This document shows positions 1 to 9,028 of a stretch of 59,637 nt of DNA, one piece after another (position 1 is the stretch's first letter; the number at the start of each line of letters is the position of its first letter). The notes beneath the pieces are model-generated. The model did not search any database. It was not told the origin of the DNA and worked only from the letters and a program-made list of their open reading frames with translations. The stretch covers positions 1 through 59,637 of the forward strand of contig JAYSTY010000474.1 in the NCBI GenBank assembly GCA_043719385.1, in the 5' to 3' direction. Origin of the DNA: Blastocatellia bacterium (lineage in GTDB: Bacteria > Acidobacteriota > Blastocatellia > RBC074). The position numbers and the translations under genes are program-made.

Positions 1-744
1 GGGCATTCAAAGTGGCATACAATTAAGCACAAAAAGGGCGCGCTTGATGCCAGGCGCGGAAAGCTTTTTACAAAACTCATTAAGGAAATTACGGTGGCAG
101 CGCGGAGCGGTGGGAGTGGTGACATTGCCACCAACGCTCGTTTGCGGAAGGCTGTCAGCGATGCCAAAGCCGGCAACATGCCGAACGATACGATTGACAA
201 AGCAATCAAGCGCGGCACGGGCGAACTTGAAGGGGTGAATTACGAGGAGCTTACTTACGAAGGCTACGGGCCAGCGGGCGTGGCGGTCATTGTCGAAACG
301 ATGACCGACAATCGTAACCGCACCGTCGCTGAAGTTCGTCATCTGTTCGGGAAAAATGGCGGGAACCTGGGCGAAGCAAATTCTGTCGCCTGGATGTTCA
401 ATCGCAGAGGTTCCATCCTCGTTGACCTGACAGCTAAAGGCGAAGACGAGATGATGGAAATTGCGCTGAACGCCGGAGCCGAAGACATGCAAACGGACGA
501 AGACAGCTATCAAATCATTACGGCACAGGAAGACTTTGATACTGTTCTTGATGCTGTCAAAGCCGCCGGAATCGAACCAATCCAGTCCGAAATTTCGATG
601 ATCCCGCAAAATTACATCAAGCTCGAAGGGAAAGACGCGACGCAAATGCTCAAGCTTTTTGAAGCACTTGACGATCACGATGACGTCCAGAAAGTTTTTG
701 CGAATTTCGATATTGATGATGTAACAATGGAACAGTCAGGCTAA
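1..744 (+). CDS. yebC: YebC/PmpR family DNA-binding transcriptional regulator (5' end cut by window edge)
   Basis: Frame 1 is open from nt 1 and reads GHSKWHTIKHKKGALDARRGKLFTKLIKEI..., the canonical YebC N-terminus minus about 2 residues. The ORF track only shows the internal-Met version 94..744. Confidence 0.9.
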   Translation, partial: GHSKWHTIKHKKGALDARRGKLFTKLIKEITVAARSGGSGDIATNARLRKAVSDAKAGNMPNDTIDKAIKRGTGELEGVNYEELTYEGYGPAGVAVIVETMTDNRNRTVAEVRHLFGKNGGNLGEANSVAWMFNRRGSILVDLTAKGEDEMMEIALNAGAEDMQTDEDSYQIITAQEDFDTVLDAVKAAGIEPIQSEISMIPQNYIKLEGKDATQMLKLFEALDDHDDVQKVFANFDIDDVTMEQSG

Positions 745-758
745 ACGAATTTCGCGTT

Positions 759-1463
759 ATGATGAATAAAAGGCGCGGAGCCGAAACGGGCAGTGGCTTT
801 CAGGATGCGATTAATCGTACAAATGAAGCCTATGAAAAGTCAGGTCGCGCCTGCATCACGCGCAAAGCCATCCCTGGAAAATACCTGATTGATCGTGGCG
901 AAACGCGGCGTGGTTTGTCATTGCCTTCCCTCAATCTTGCCGCTCACGGTTCTCAGGCTCGTCTTACATCTTCGTCGCTTAAAAGTATCGTCAAAGAAAA
1001 TAAAGCTACCGACTGGCGCAAATTTATTCCCGAATCCAAAGCCGAACCGGATTATGGCGGCACGATTGCGCCTGCTGGTCGGGCGATTTATTACGACGCC
1101 AAAACCACGCGCCGCGAAGTTTTGGATTTCGATAATTTGCACGCTCACCAGATTGAATTTTTGGAGCGAGCCGCGCGGGTTGGTGCCGTCGCCGGGTTCT
1201 TAGTCGAGTTCAATACGCATCGTGAAGTTTATTTCCTGCCCATTCAAATCGTCGTCCAGTGGCGCGAAGCAACTACGCGCAAAAGCTTTCCCTATCAATT
1301 TTTTGTCGAACATTTGACGCCTGCGCCGCCGGGCAAAGGCTTTTTAATTTTTGATTATCTGGTTGCTATCGAAACGCAGGAGCAACAATACGGACGAGAT
1401 TTTTCCCGTTTTCAGATGCCGCAGATCACCGTCAGAAACCCCCGAAAAATGGTCGCCGCCTAA
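759..1463 (+). CDS. recU: RecU-like Holliday junction resolvase (PD-(D/E)xK nuclease)
   Basis: GSGFQDAINRTNEAYEKSGRACITRKAIP aligns with B. subtilis RecU [29 protein letters not shown]. PDYGG...IYYDAKTT aligns with TDYNG...IDFEAKET (the D...DxK core). NLHAHQIEFL aligns with NFHDHQIEHM. Confidence 0.75.
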   Translation: MMNKRRGAETGSGFQDAINRTNEAYEKSGRACITRKAIPGKYLIDRGETRRGLSLPSLNLAAHGSQARLTSSSLKSIVKENKATDWRKFIPESKAEPDYGGTIAPAGRAIYYDAKTTRREVLDFDNLHAHQIEFLERAARVGAVAGFLVEFNTHREVYFLPIQIVVQWREATTRKSFPYQFFVEHLTPAPPGKGFLIFDYLVAIETQEQQYGRDFSRFQMPQITVRNPRKMVAA

Positions 1464-1563
1464 ATGCTTTTGACGTAACGGCAGCCGTGCAGTTAAAATC
1501 CACCGCGTAGTATCTCAGCAAGAAAGCAGTAAAACTTACAGCTCTGCCAAAGCGAGGTTATCC

Positions 1564-2325
1564 ATGCTTCTGAATCGCTCCCTACTTGCCGTACTTTGTG
1601 CGGTCAGTTTGTTTTTTGTCTCAACTTCGGCGCAAACGTTCCCCATAAAAAAGCGGAAGACCACCATTGTTGGCGCACGGGCAGTTGTTTATGACGAACG
1701 GCTTTCCGCTCTTCGTATCAGGCCTGATATTAAATCTCCCATCATTCAACGCCTCCATCGTGACCGCGAGGTCGGCATCATTGGCAAACCGTTCAAAGTC
1801 AAAGATGGCCCGATTTTTCAACCCGTCATGGTTTCGCGTAACACACGGGGCTGGGTCATTGCTGATGCTCTATCCTTGCCACAACGCGGACGGGATGCCG
1901 CGCGGATGATGAACCTGATTGATGAAACCAAAGATGATTTCAATCGCGCCCGACTCGCCCGGCTCTGTGCTGACCAATATCGCGGAAATGTTGTCGCGGC
2001 AAAAGCTTTACTAAAATTAGGCGAAGCGACAGAACACGCCGCAATTCGGCTTTCGCGTGAGGCGAAAAAGCGCATCGGTGAACTGGACGAGGAGTTGGAT
2101 AAAAATCTCAGCCAGCGCGATTACATGCTCAATTACGTGGGGTTGGATCGTTACAACAAAATCGGGGCGACGTTTGATTACGACGAAGCGAGCGGGAATT
2201 TAATTTACGATGGCGGCGCTTATCAGGAAATTAGCAAAAAATATCCGCGCAGTCCTGAAGCCGTAACTGCTCATGAACGATTGGAAAAAATCAAGTCGGT
2301 GCGAACTCCGGTCGTGCAGAAATAG
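1564..2325 (+). CDS. hypothetical secreted protein
   Basis: N-terminal signal peptide MLLNRSLLAVLCAVSLFFVSTSAQ, GAGG-like RBS upstream, and 253 aa with no competing ORF. No family recognised. Confidence 0.65.
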   Translation: MLLNRSLLAVLCAVSLFFVSTSAQTFPIKKRKTTIVGARAVVYDERLSALRIRPDIKSPIIQRLHRDREVGIIGKPFKVKDGPIFQPVMVSRNTRGWVIADALSLPQRGRDAARMMNLIDETKDDFNRARLARLCADQYRGNVVAAKALLKLGEATEHAAIRLSREAKKRIGELDEELDKNLSQRDYMLNYVGLDRYNKIGATFDYDEASGNLIYDGGAYQEISKKYPRSPEAVTAHERLEKIKSVRTPVVQK

Positions 2326-2572
2326 TCTCAGTAGTTCCAAATTTGCGGCTGTGCCGCCTGATGTGCGGAAGGGCTGCGCCCTTCCGGTAGGTCGAGCAGG
2401 CAAGGGCTGCGCCCGTTTTGTCATGGTGCAAGCGTTATTGCCAGCGATTTAAGTCATTACGGTGATGATTGGGCGTAGCCCCGGAGAGTGTTCCGTTGTC
2501 GGAAAGGCATAGCCTTTCCGCACATCAGGCGGCAGAGCCGCGAAGAAAAACTAAATTTGGATCTGCTGAGTC
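2326..2572 (+). repeat. ~250-bp nested-palindrome MITE/REP-like element, copy 1
   Basis: Terminal inverted arms are gcggctgtgccgcctgatgtgcggaagggctgcgcccttccg (2345-2386) and cggaaaggcatagcctttccgcacatcaggcggcagagccgc (2500-2541). The whole element matches 29642..29892 in reverse orientation. Confidence 0.8.
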
Positions 2573-2636
2573 TGGCAAACTCGCTCTCTACCACTCGCGG
2601 TACAGTACCCGGAGCCATAGCGATGGGGTTTGCCTG

Positions 2637-3944
2637 TCAGTGTTCCTTAACTTTTGATTTTGAGAGTAGGAAAAGAATTGCAATCACGATGAGCATGGCG
2701 GCTTCACAGAGCAACAGCGTGGCAATGGGAATGTGAAAAGGTTTGTCGGCGAGAAAGCCTGTGATCATTGCGCCAAGTGGAATGCCGCCGCGAAACGCCA
2801 TCATGTAAATGCTCATCACGCGTCCGCGCATTTCGTCCGGCACGAGCAATTGCACGAGCGATGCCGTCAGGGAAAACGTCGCAATCAATGCGCCGCTGGC
2901 CAAAAATACCATCGGATACGCGAGGAATTTATCAGGGAAGATTGCCAGTAGTAAGAGCGCACAACCAGCGCCAATTTGCAGCAGCAACACGGTTCGCCCT
3001 TTGCGTTTGACATCACCGAGCCAGGCTGAGAATAAAGCGCCGGCGGCTGAACCCGCCCCTGAAACTGCGAGCAATGCGCTGTAACCGCCCGCGCCTGCGT
3101 GCAAATATTTAGCCGCAAAAACCGGTAAAAATGTGATGTATTGAATCCCGAAAAATGTCGCCGAAAACGAAATCAAAGTCAGCGAGCGCAACACTTCCTG
3201 ATTCCAAACAAAGCGTAACCCCTGCATCATTTCGCTGCCAATATTTTTAGCACCGCCGGTTGCGCGAATAATCGGTGGCACACGCAACATTGATAATGCA
3301 ATCACGACCGCCACGAATGACAGCCCATTGATCCCGAAACAGACAGCCGCCGCTTTTGAGGTCAGATTTTTGTCGCTCGCACCCATGAACCACAAAACGA
3401 GGCCGCCAAAGACTGGCCCCACGGTACGCGCCAGATTGAATTGCATGGAATTAAGCGCGATGGCATTGGGGACATCTTCTTTGCGATTGACGAGGACAGG
3501 CATTAACGCCTGATAGGCTGGCCCTCCGAACGCCTGGGCGCAACCCGTCATAAAAGACAAAAACAAAATTGGCCAAACGGTTTGTAATTTAAATGCCGCC
3601 AGCAAAGTCAGCGAGAGCGCAAAGGTTAATTGCAGCCATTGCGAAGTCATCAGAATTTTGCGGCGATCAATGCGATCCGCGACGACTCCGCCCAGCAAAG
3701 AAAAAAGCAGGATCGGAATCGTTCCGAGCGCGCTATTCAGTCCCAGATAAAATTCTCTGGCTGTAAGCGTAAAAATTAACCAACTCTGGGCTGTTTCCTG
3801 CATCCACGTGCCGGAACTGGACGCGAAAGCGCCAAACCATAACAGACGAAAATTGCGATATTGAAAGGCGCGGAACGTCCTGCCAAAAACGCCAACTGGT
3901 GCGGGATGAGCAGGGCTGATTTCAGGTTTAGCGGCGGACGACAT
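2637..3944 (-). CDS. MFS transporter (EntS/MFS_3-like)
   Basis: 435 aa with about 12 hydrophobic helices and an N-terminal FRNFRLLWFGAFASSSGTWMQ motif typical of the MFS_3 family. Confidence 0.85.
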   Translation of the reverse strand: MSSAAKPEISPAHPAPVGVFGRTFRAFQYRNFRLLWFGAFASSSGTWMQETAQSWLIFTLTAREFYLGLNSALGTIPILLFSLLGGVVADRIDRRKILMTSQWLQLTFALSLTLLAAFKLQTVWPILFLSFMTGCAQAFGGPAYQALMPVLVNRKEDVPNAIALNSMQFNLARTVGPVFGGLVLWFMGASDKNLTSKAAAVCFGINGLSFVAVVIALSMLRVPPIIRATGGAKNIGSEMMQGLRFVWNQEVLRSLTLISFSATFFGIQYITFLPVFAAKYLHAGAGGYSALLAVSGAGSAAGALFSAWLGDVKRKGRTVLLLQIGAGCALLLLAIFPDKFLAYPMVFLASGALIATFSLTASLVQLLVPDEMRGRVMSIYMMAFRGGIPLGAMITGFLADKPFHIPIATLLLCEAAMLIVIAILFLLSKSKVKEH

Positions 3945-4026
3945 TAAGGATGGTAAAAGGCGGTTGGTGACAAGTGACAGGAAAAAGCGTGATTATCAAT
4001 TTCCTGCCACTTAATTCTGAAAAGAT

Positions 4027-4449
4027 TTAGTTACTAACGTCGTGGGTGCGGCTTTCGGCCCGGATCGGCATGTAAATTTTGTACCAGTCGTCGTGGGCAG
4101 GATGGGTGGTGTAAGCCTCTAACGCTGCGGCATCAGTGAATTCCATCGCAATAATGGCGTCGTAATCTTTGCCATCTTCGGTTTTTGTTTGCAGCTTGAT
4201 CTTCTTTGCCCAAACGCGCTGCAAACCTGGCACGACGCCAACCATTTTTTTAGCTGCCTCAAGGGCTGCCTGTTTTTGCTCGGCTGTTGCCGTATCTGTC
4301 CATTTGACTGTGATGAAGTGGATGAGCGTAGTCGGAGGCGCTCCCTTGACTGCTACGCCACCTTTGGCTGCTTTCTTTTGCAGTGCTGCGAACGCTCCAC
4401 CCGCAACAATCAAGAATAATAAACAAAGTAACAGAATTTTTTTAAGCAT
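4027..4449 (-). CDS. Dabb (stress-responsive A/B barrel) domain protein with signal peptide
   Basis: HFITVKW...PGL...AMEF.D..ALEAY..HPAH is the Dabb pattern. The start is set at MLKKILLLCLL, preceded by GGAGAG. The ORF track start 4497 is probably too long. Confidence 0.8.
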   Translation of the reverse strand: MLKKILLLCLLFLIVAGGAFAALQKKAAKGGVAVKGAPPTTLIHFITVKWTDTATAEQKQAALEAAKKMVGVVPGLQRVWAKKIKLQTKTEDGKDYDAIIAMEFTDAAALEAYTTHPAHDDWYKIYMPIRAESRTHDVSN

Positions 4450-4514
4450 CGTTTTCTCTCCTAATTTTGATAATTTTAAGCTACGAACTACCACCAATTA
4501 TTTTGCCGATAAGG

Positions 4515-4880
4515 TCATTTTCTTTTGCCAGTCCAGGTTCCTGTGGCCTGATCGCCCAGACTAACTTTACCCTTCATTGTATCTTTCTCAATCGTACCGG
4601 TATAGACGACTACGCCGCCGCCAGCCTCGAAAGAAAATTCTATTTTGTCGCCTTTGACGGTGCCTTTGAGGTCGGCTTCTCCCAACTGACCACTGTATTT
4701 GCCGGACAGCTTTTCGCCTTCCTGTTTGAAGGTAAACGAAGGCGAGCCAGACCCGGCAGAAGTCTCGACACTAAAAGCCCAGCTTCCGGTGACATCAACT
4801 TTATCCTGGGCCTGGCTGACAACGGCTATCGTTGCGCAGAGCAAAGCCACACAAAATGTAAGCTTGAATATTTTTGCCAT
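4515..4880 (-). CDS. small secreted beta-rich hypothetical protein
   Basis: Start chosen at MAKIFKLTFCVALLCATIAVVSQAQ (signal peptide). The mature part is Gly/Thr/Lys-rich with alternating, beta-strand-like residues. Confidence 0.6.
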   Translation of the reverse strand: MAKIFKLTFCVALLCATIAVVSQAQDKVDVTGSWAFSVETSAGSGSPSFTFKQEGEKLSGKYSGQLGEADLKGTVKGDKIEFSFEAGGGVVVYTGTIEKDTMKGKVSLGDQATGTWTGKRK

Positions 4881-4955
4881 AATGCAGGAATTCCTTTCAG
4901 GTAAATCGCGTGGGTTGGAAATGATAACAGAAAAGCGCAAAAAATCAGAATGGCC

Positions 4956-5387
4956 TTACGCTATTGGATCGTAGCAAAGGTAATCGGTCTGCCGAATGAT
5001 CTTTCCGTCTTTGAGGCGGAAGAAGATGGCGAGCTTCCCACTGAGCTTAGCTCCGGCAGCCATGTCGCCAAGGGCTTGCGCAAACGTCATTTCCCAACTG
5101 ATTTGTAAAGCCGCCGCGTTATCATTGACGACAACATCATCGAGAACATAGCTTTGCTGTGCCGTCAACTCGCGGCCTTTCGTGAAGGCCACTTGTAAAG
5201 ATGCGAAATTACGAATTTGTCCTGTGGGTGCAAAACGATGTGGCATTTCCTGCCACTCGACAGCTTCATCGTAAAATTCCTTCAGTCCCTGAGCCGTGCT
5301 GCCTGGAGCGTTGCAAAACTCGATATAATGATTGGCGAACTGGATTAGCGTTACTTGTCCTGTTAGCATAATTATCCCCTCACTCAT
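4956..5387 (-). CDS. SnoaL-like / NTF2-fold protein
   Basis: 143 aa with a ...[19 protein letters not shown]-terminal pattern typical of SnoaL-like polyketide-cyclase-fold proteins. It has an 8-nt ATGAGTGA overlap with the pullulanase stop. Alternative start at 5369. Confidence 0.7.
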   Translation of the reverse strand: MSEGIIMLTGQVTLIQFANHYIEFCNAPGSTAQGLKEFYDEAVEWQEMPHRFAPTGQIRNFASLQVAFTKGRELTAQQSYVLDDVVVNDNAAALQISWEMTFAQALGDMAAGAKLSGKLAIFFRLKDGKIIRQTDYLCYDPIA

Positions 5388-7353
5388 TATTGTCGTTTAT
5401 GTCAGCGCGATTCTCGCCCAAAATCAAAGCGCTTCTCGGCGTCACGATTGCTTTGGTTGCCTCAATCCGCACCAAGCTGTGCGGAATTGGTATTACTCCC
5501 ACTTGCCGTGCATCGCCGTAAATTTTCCAGGCACCAGCCGGAATTTCAAATTCAACTGCTTTGCCATTTGGGTTCAATAAAATCAAGGCTCTGCTCCATT
5601 CGTCGCCGCCGCGCAGGTCTTCGATCTGGTACGCGATACAATTGTTTGGCACGTGCAAGCTCAATTGATCGTCCAAAAATTTCACGGCATTCGTCGCGCT
5701 CTGTGCCATCCGGTAGCGGAACAAGCGATGGCGGTGCGCCAACTGAATCAAGCCGCGATAGTAAGCAAAGACATCATAATTTTCGGCTTTCTGCCGCCAC
5801 CGAATCATATTCACTGCATCCGTTTTATCGAAGCTGTTATGATCTCCGCCTTTCGTCCGCAACCACTCCTGCCCGCTCTGAATAAACGGAATACCCTGCG
5901 AAGTGAAAATGATTACTGCCCCCAGCTTATCCATTGCGCGACGATCTCCGTCAGTGATCGCTGCATCATTAATCGTGCTGATTAACAGGCGATCCCACAG
6001 CGTATGATTGTCGTGGCATTCGAGATAATTAATTGACTCAAGTGGTGAGGCGGCAAAGCTGTCAACTGCGCCGCGAATGCCTGTTTTTACTGCTCCAATA
6101 TTATTTCCAGCCTGGATGAAGCCCGTCGCCCGCGCATCAAAAACCGCTCCCTTCACCGCGTCCCGAAACTCGTCATTGAACACCGCCCAGCCGCGTCCCC
6201 ATTGCCTGCCTTTCGTCGTCAATTCAATTGGCGAAGTTCCACCTGCCCAGGGTTCGCCATAAATTAAAATATGCTGGTCTATGGTGCGCAACTCATCAAC
6301 AATGAACAGCATCGTTTCCTGATCTATCAGCCCGAGCAGATCAAAACGAAAACCGTCAACCTTGTATTCTGTCACCCAATATTTGACGCAATCCAGAATG
6401 AACCGCCGCGCCATCGGGGCTTCGCTGCGAAATTCGTTGCCGCAACCAGAGCCGTCCCAATAGCTGCCGTCAGGTTTCAAGCGGTAATAATAGCCAGGCA
6501 CGAGGCCTTCAAAACTATAGATAAGATTTTTGTTGAGCAGTTCAAAGGTGTGATTGAAAACCACATCAAGCGTCACACGAATCCCGCGTTTGTGCAGCGC
6601 ATCAATCATCCGTTTGACTTCGCTCACACGTCGCGCATCGTAGCGCTCTGTCGCATACCAGCCATCAGGCGTGAAAAAATGCACGGCGTCATAACCCCAA
6701 CCGTACACATCTTCGGATTCGTTATTATGAAATTCCGTGATCGGCATCAACTGTACTACATTGACGCCAAGCTCGGTCAAATGATCCAAGCCAGTGGTAA
6801 TATCAAGGCGATTTGTCAGGTGCGTGCCAGCTTCGGTTAAGCCGAGATATTTGCCGCGCCGTTGAATGCCCGAATCAGGATCAAGCGTGAAATCGCGGAC
6901 ATGCATTTCGTAAATCACGGCATCGTTGATTGAAAACATCGGACGATCAGCGACCGGAGTCGTGTCACTGAGGACAATGGCTCGCCCATTATGTGCAGTC
7001 ACAGCGCGGGCGTAAGGATCAATCACTTCGCGGTCAGGATTAAAGCGCGGGTCATCACCTGCGGCAGTATATGTGTAATACGCTCCTTTGATGTCACCCG
7101 GCACAGTCGTTTCCCAACTGCCATCGTCATTTTTTTTGAGCTTAATGTTGCCCGTTTCAGCGCCCGTCGGAGCCGCATAGAGATGTAAAATAATTTGCGT
7201 TGCCGTCGGCGCCCAAACTCTGAAAATTGTTTTCTCCGGCGTATAAATTGCGCCCAGCGGTTGCAGGCAAATAATGCCATCGGCAGGATGGGAAGCGACC
7301 TGTGCCGTATAATTAATTTTGCGGATTAGGCGGGTGATGTAATCTTCAGTCAT
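5380..7353 (-). CDS. pulA: type I pullulanase (GH13)
   Basis: GH13 conserved regions are present: [27 protein letters not shown]. The YGWGYD motif and the 657-aa length fit type I pullulanases. Confidence 0.9.
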   Translation of the reverse strand: MTEDYITRLIRKINYTAQVASHPADGIICLQPLGAIYTPEKTIFRVWAPTATQIILHLYAAPTGAETGNIKLKKNDDGSWETTVPGDIKGAYYTYTAAGDDPRFNPDREVIDPYARAVTAHNGRAIVLSDTTPVADRPMFSINDAVIYEMHVRDFTLDPDSGIQRRGKYLGLTEAGTHLTNRLDITTGLDHLTELGVNVVQLMPITEFHNNESEDVYGWGYDAVHFFTPDGWYATERYDARRVSEVKRMIDALHKRGIRVTLDVVFNHTFELLNKNLIYSFEGLVPGYYYRLKPDGSYWDGSGCGNEFRSEAPMARRFILDCVKYWVTEYKVDGFRFDLLGLIDQETMLFIVDELRTIDQHILIYGEPWAGGTSPIELTTKGRQWGRGWAVFNDEFRDAVKGAVFDARATGFIQAGNNIGAVKTGIRGAVDSFAASPLESINYLECHDNHTLWDRLLISTINDAAITDGDRRAMDKLGAVIIFTSQGIPFIQSGQEWLRTKGGDHNSFDKTDAVNMIRWRQKAENYDVFAYYRGLIQLAHRHRLFRYRMAQSATNAVKFLDDQLSLHVPNNCIAYQIEDLRGGDEWSRALILLNPNGKAVEFEIPAGAWKIYGDARQVGVIPIPHSLVRIEATKAIVTPRSALILGENRADINDNNE

Positions 7354-7394
7354 TTTTGTAAATTAACTTTATCCAGGGGAATTTTGTAACTGAT

Positions 7395-7541
7395 AAGGTC
7401 TTGGGTCTTAGGCTTTTGGGCCTGGAACCGCAGCACGAATTATTAGCCTCAATAACAGTCAGGCAGTTCATCTTCTGGTTAGGATGAATATTTTCAATCT
7501 GCTGCCAAAAACCAAAGACCAAAAGCCTAAGCCCTAATCTT
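7395..7541. repeat. long imperfect inverted repeat / structured intergenic element
   Basis: Core cttaggcttttgg (7407-7419) is the exact reverse complement of ccaaaagcctaag (7519-7531). The inner pairs gcagca/tgctgc and ttcatc/gatgaa extend the fold. Confidence 0.5.
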
Positions 7542-7547
7542 CCCCGC

Positions 7548-8867
7548 TTATTTTTTCTTCGCCGCTTCGATTTTTGCGCTCATCATTACGACAAAATCTT
7601 CGTTTGAATTGAAACCCGCCTGACGGAAACTTACCTGTCCGTTGCGATCAAAAATCATCGTGGTTGGAATTGAGTTGATGCCAAAATATCCATCCAAATA
7701 ATTGGCATAAACGACCGGCAATTTTATTTTTTGTCCTTTGACATAAGGGTCAACGTAGTTGCGGTCATCATCGGTGTTGATGGCTAAAAAAATTACGTCT
7801 TTGTCTTCTTTGTACTTGACCATTGTTTTTTCAAGTTCCGGCATTTCGATACGGCACGGCCCGCACCACGTCGCCCAAAAATTGGCAACGACCACTTTGC
7901 CTTTGTAATCCGCGAGCCTGACCTCGCCGCCGTTCAGTTTGGTCAATTTGTAAAGTAATGGATCACTGACATTTTCGTTGGGGTTGGGCAGTTCGACTTT
8001 GGCTAAACGCTCGGCATCGTCTTTCGTAATGGTGTCGTAGGTTTTTAGCAAATGATCGCCCAGGCCTTTTTCAGAACCATTTTTTGCGGTGTAAAGTTGA
8101 CCGAGCTTGTGACGAATTTCATCTCGCTCGCTGCTTTCAGTGCCTTCCATCGAACGCACAAACGCCTGGAGATAAAACTCAATCGCCTGGTCGGTATTCT
8201 TTCGTTTTTCCGCGAGATTGCCCAATAGTGCAACGGTGACGGCAAGCGGCGATTGTTTGTAGCTTTTGGTCAGGTCAGATTCAGCTTTGTCGAGGTTGCC
8301 CAGATCGTTGTGGACTTGTCCGCGCAACAAATGCACCGAGCCAAAGGCGCGATTTTTTTGCAGCTCCCATTGGCCTGGGCTGACCTTGGCAGGCTTGATT
8401 CTGGCGGCAAACATGTCTTCGACCGACTTGACCAGTTTGTCAGCATAAGTCAGCGCTTTGGGTAAATCTCCCTCGGCTTTTCGTTCGCGCAACGCTGTCA
8501 CCAGAACCGTCAGTTTTTCAAACTCGCGGTCATTCGCGGCGACGATTCTTTCAGCATAGGCAATCTGCCGATTGCGGTCGCGCAATTCAGTAGCGAATTT
8601 GAATAACTCGCCTTCGATTTCGGCCCGGCTGCCGCTGTTGGGGAATTTCCTGAGAAAATTATCAAGGTTCTCCATCATCTTCAGCTTATCGCCGCCGGAG
8701 CTTTGAATCGCTCCACGCAATTCCTGCTCTTCATCAGATTTATCGTGTGCCGATGTTGCAGGAGCTTTAGCCGCTGCGTCAGGAGTTTTCATCTTTGGTC
8801 TTTCCTGTGCAAAGACGGACCAGCAAATGGTGAGCGAGATAATTAGAGTACTAAGTTTAAATTTCAT
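7548..8867 (-). CDS. TPR-domain + TlpA-like thioredoxin-fold thiol:disulfide oxidoreductase, secreted
   Basis: C-terminal FWATWCGPC active site with a TlpA/ResA-like context. There is an N-terminal signal peptide and a helical repeat region of about 250 aa. Confidence 0.85.
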   Translation of the reverse strand: MKFKLSTLIISLTICWSVFAQERPKMKTPDAAAKAPATSAHDKSDEEQELRGAIQSSGGDKLKMMENLDNFLRKFPNSGSRAEIEGELFKFATELRDRNRQIAYAERIVAANDREFEKLTVLVTALRERKAEGDLPKALTYADKLVKSVEDMFAARIKPAKVSPGQWELQKNRAFGSVHLLRGQVHNDLGNLDKAESDLTKSYKQSPLAVTVALLGNLAEKRKNTDQAIEFYLQAFVRSMEGTESSERDEIRHKLGQLYTAKNGSEKGLGDHLLKTYDTITKDDAERLAKVELPNPNENVSDPLLYKLTKLNGGEVRLADYKGKVVVANFWATWCGPCRIEMPELEKTMVKYKEDKDVIFLAINTDDDRNYVDPYVKGQKIKLPVVYANYLDGYFGINSIPTTMIFDRNGQVSFRQAGFNSNEDFVVMMSAKIEAAKKK

Positions 8868-9028
8868 TGGTTTATCAGGTTGAAAATAACAGGGGCAATT
8901 TGGAATGACGCAGAAGCGAAAAGTAAACTACAAGCAACGCTTCATTGCAACAGAGAAATTTTCAAAAGAAACAGCGCAGGAGTTATCAAACTCCTGCGCT
9001 GTAGTCGAACCAATATTTTGCATCAGTA

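Noticed and set aside
2469-2736. ORFs 2469..2657 and 2488..2736, plus 29558..29746, 29680..29931 and 29825..30034, which encode peptides with the recurring motif ...G(I/T/G)AFPHIR(R/A)...
   Set aside because: They lie entirely inside the two copies of the palindromic repeat and in intergenic space between convergent genes. The shared peptide is just the translated repeat arm, and there is no RBS or gene context.
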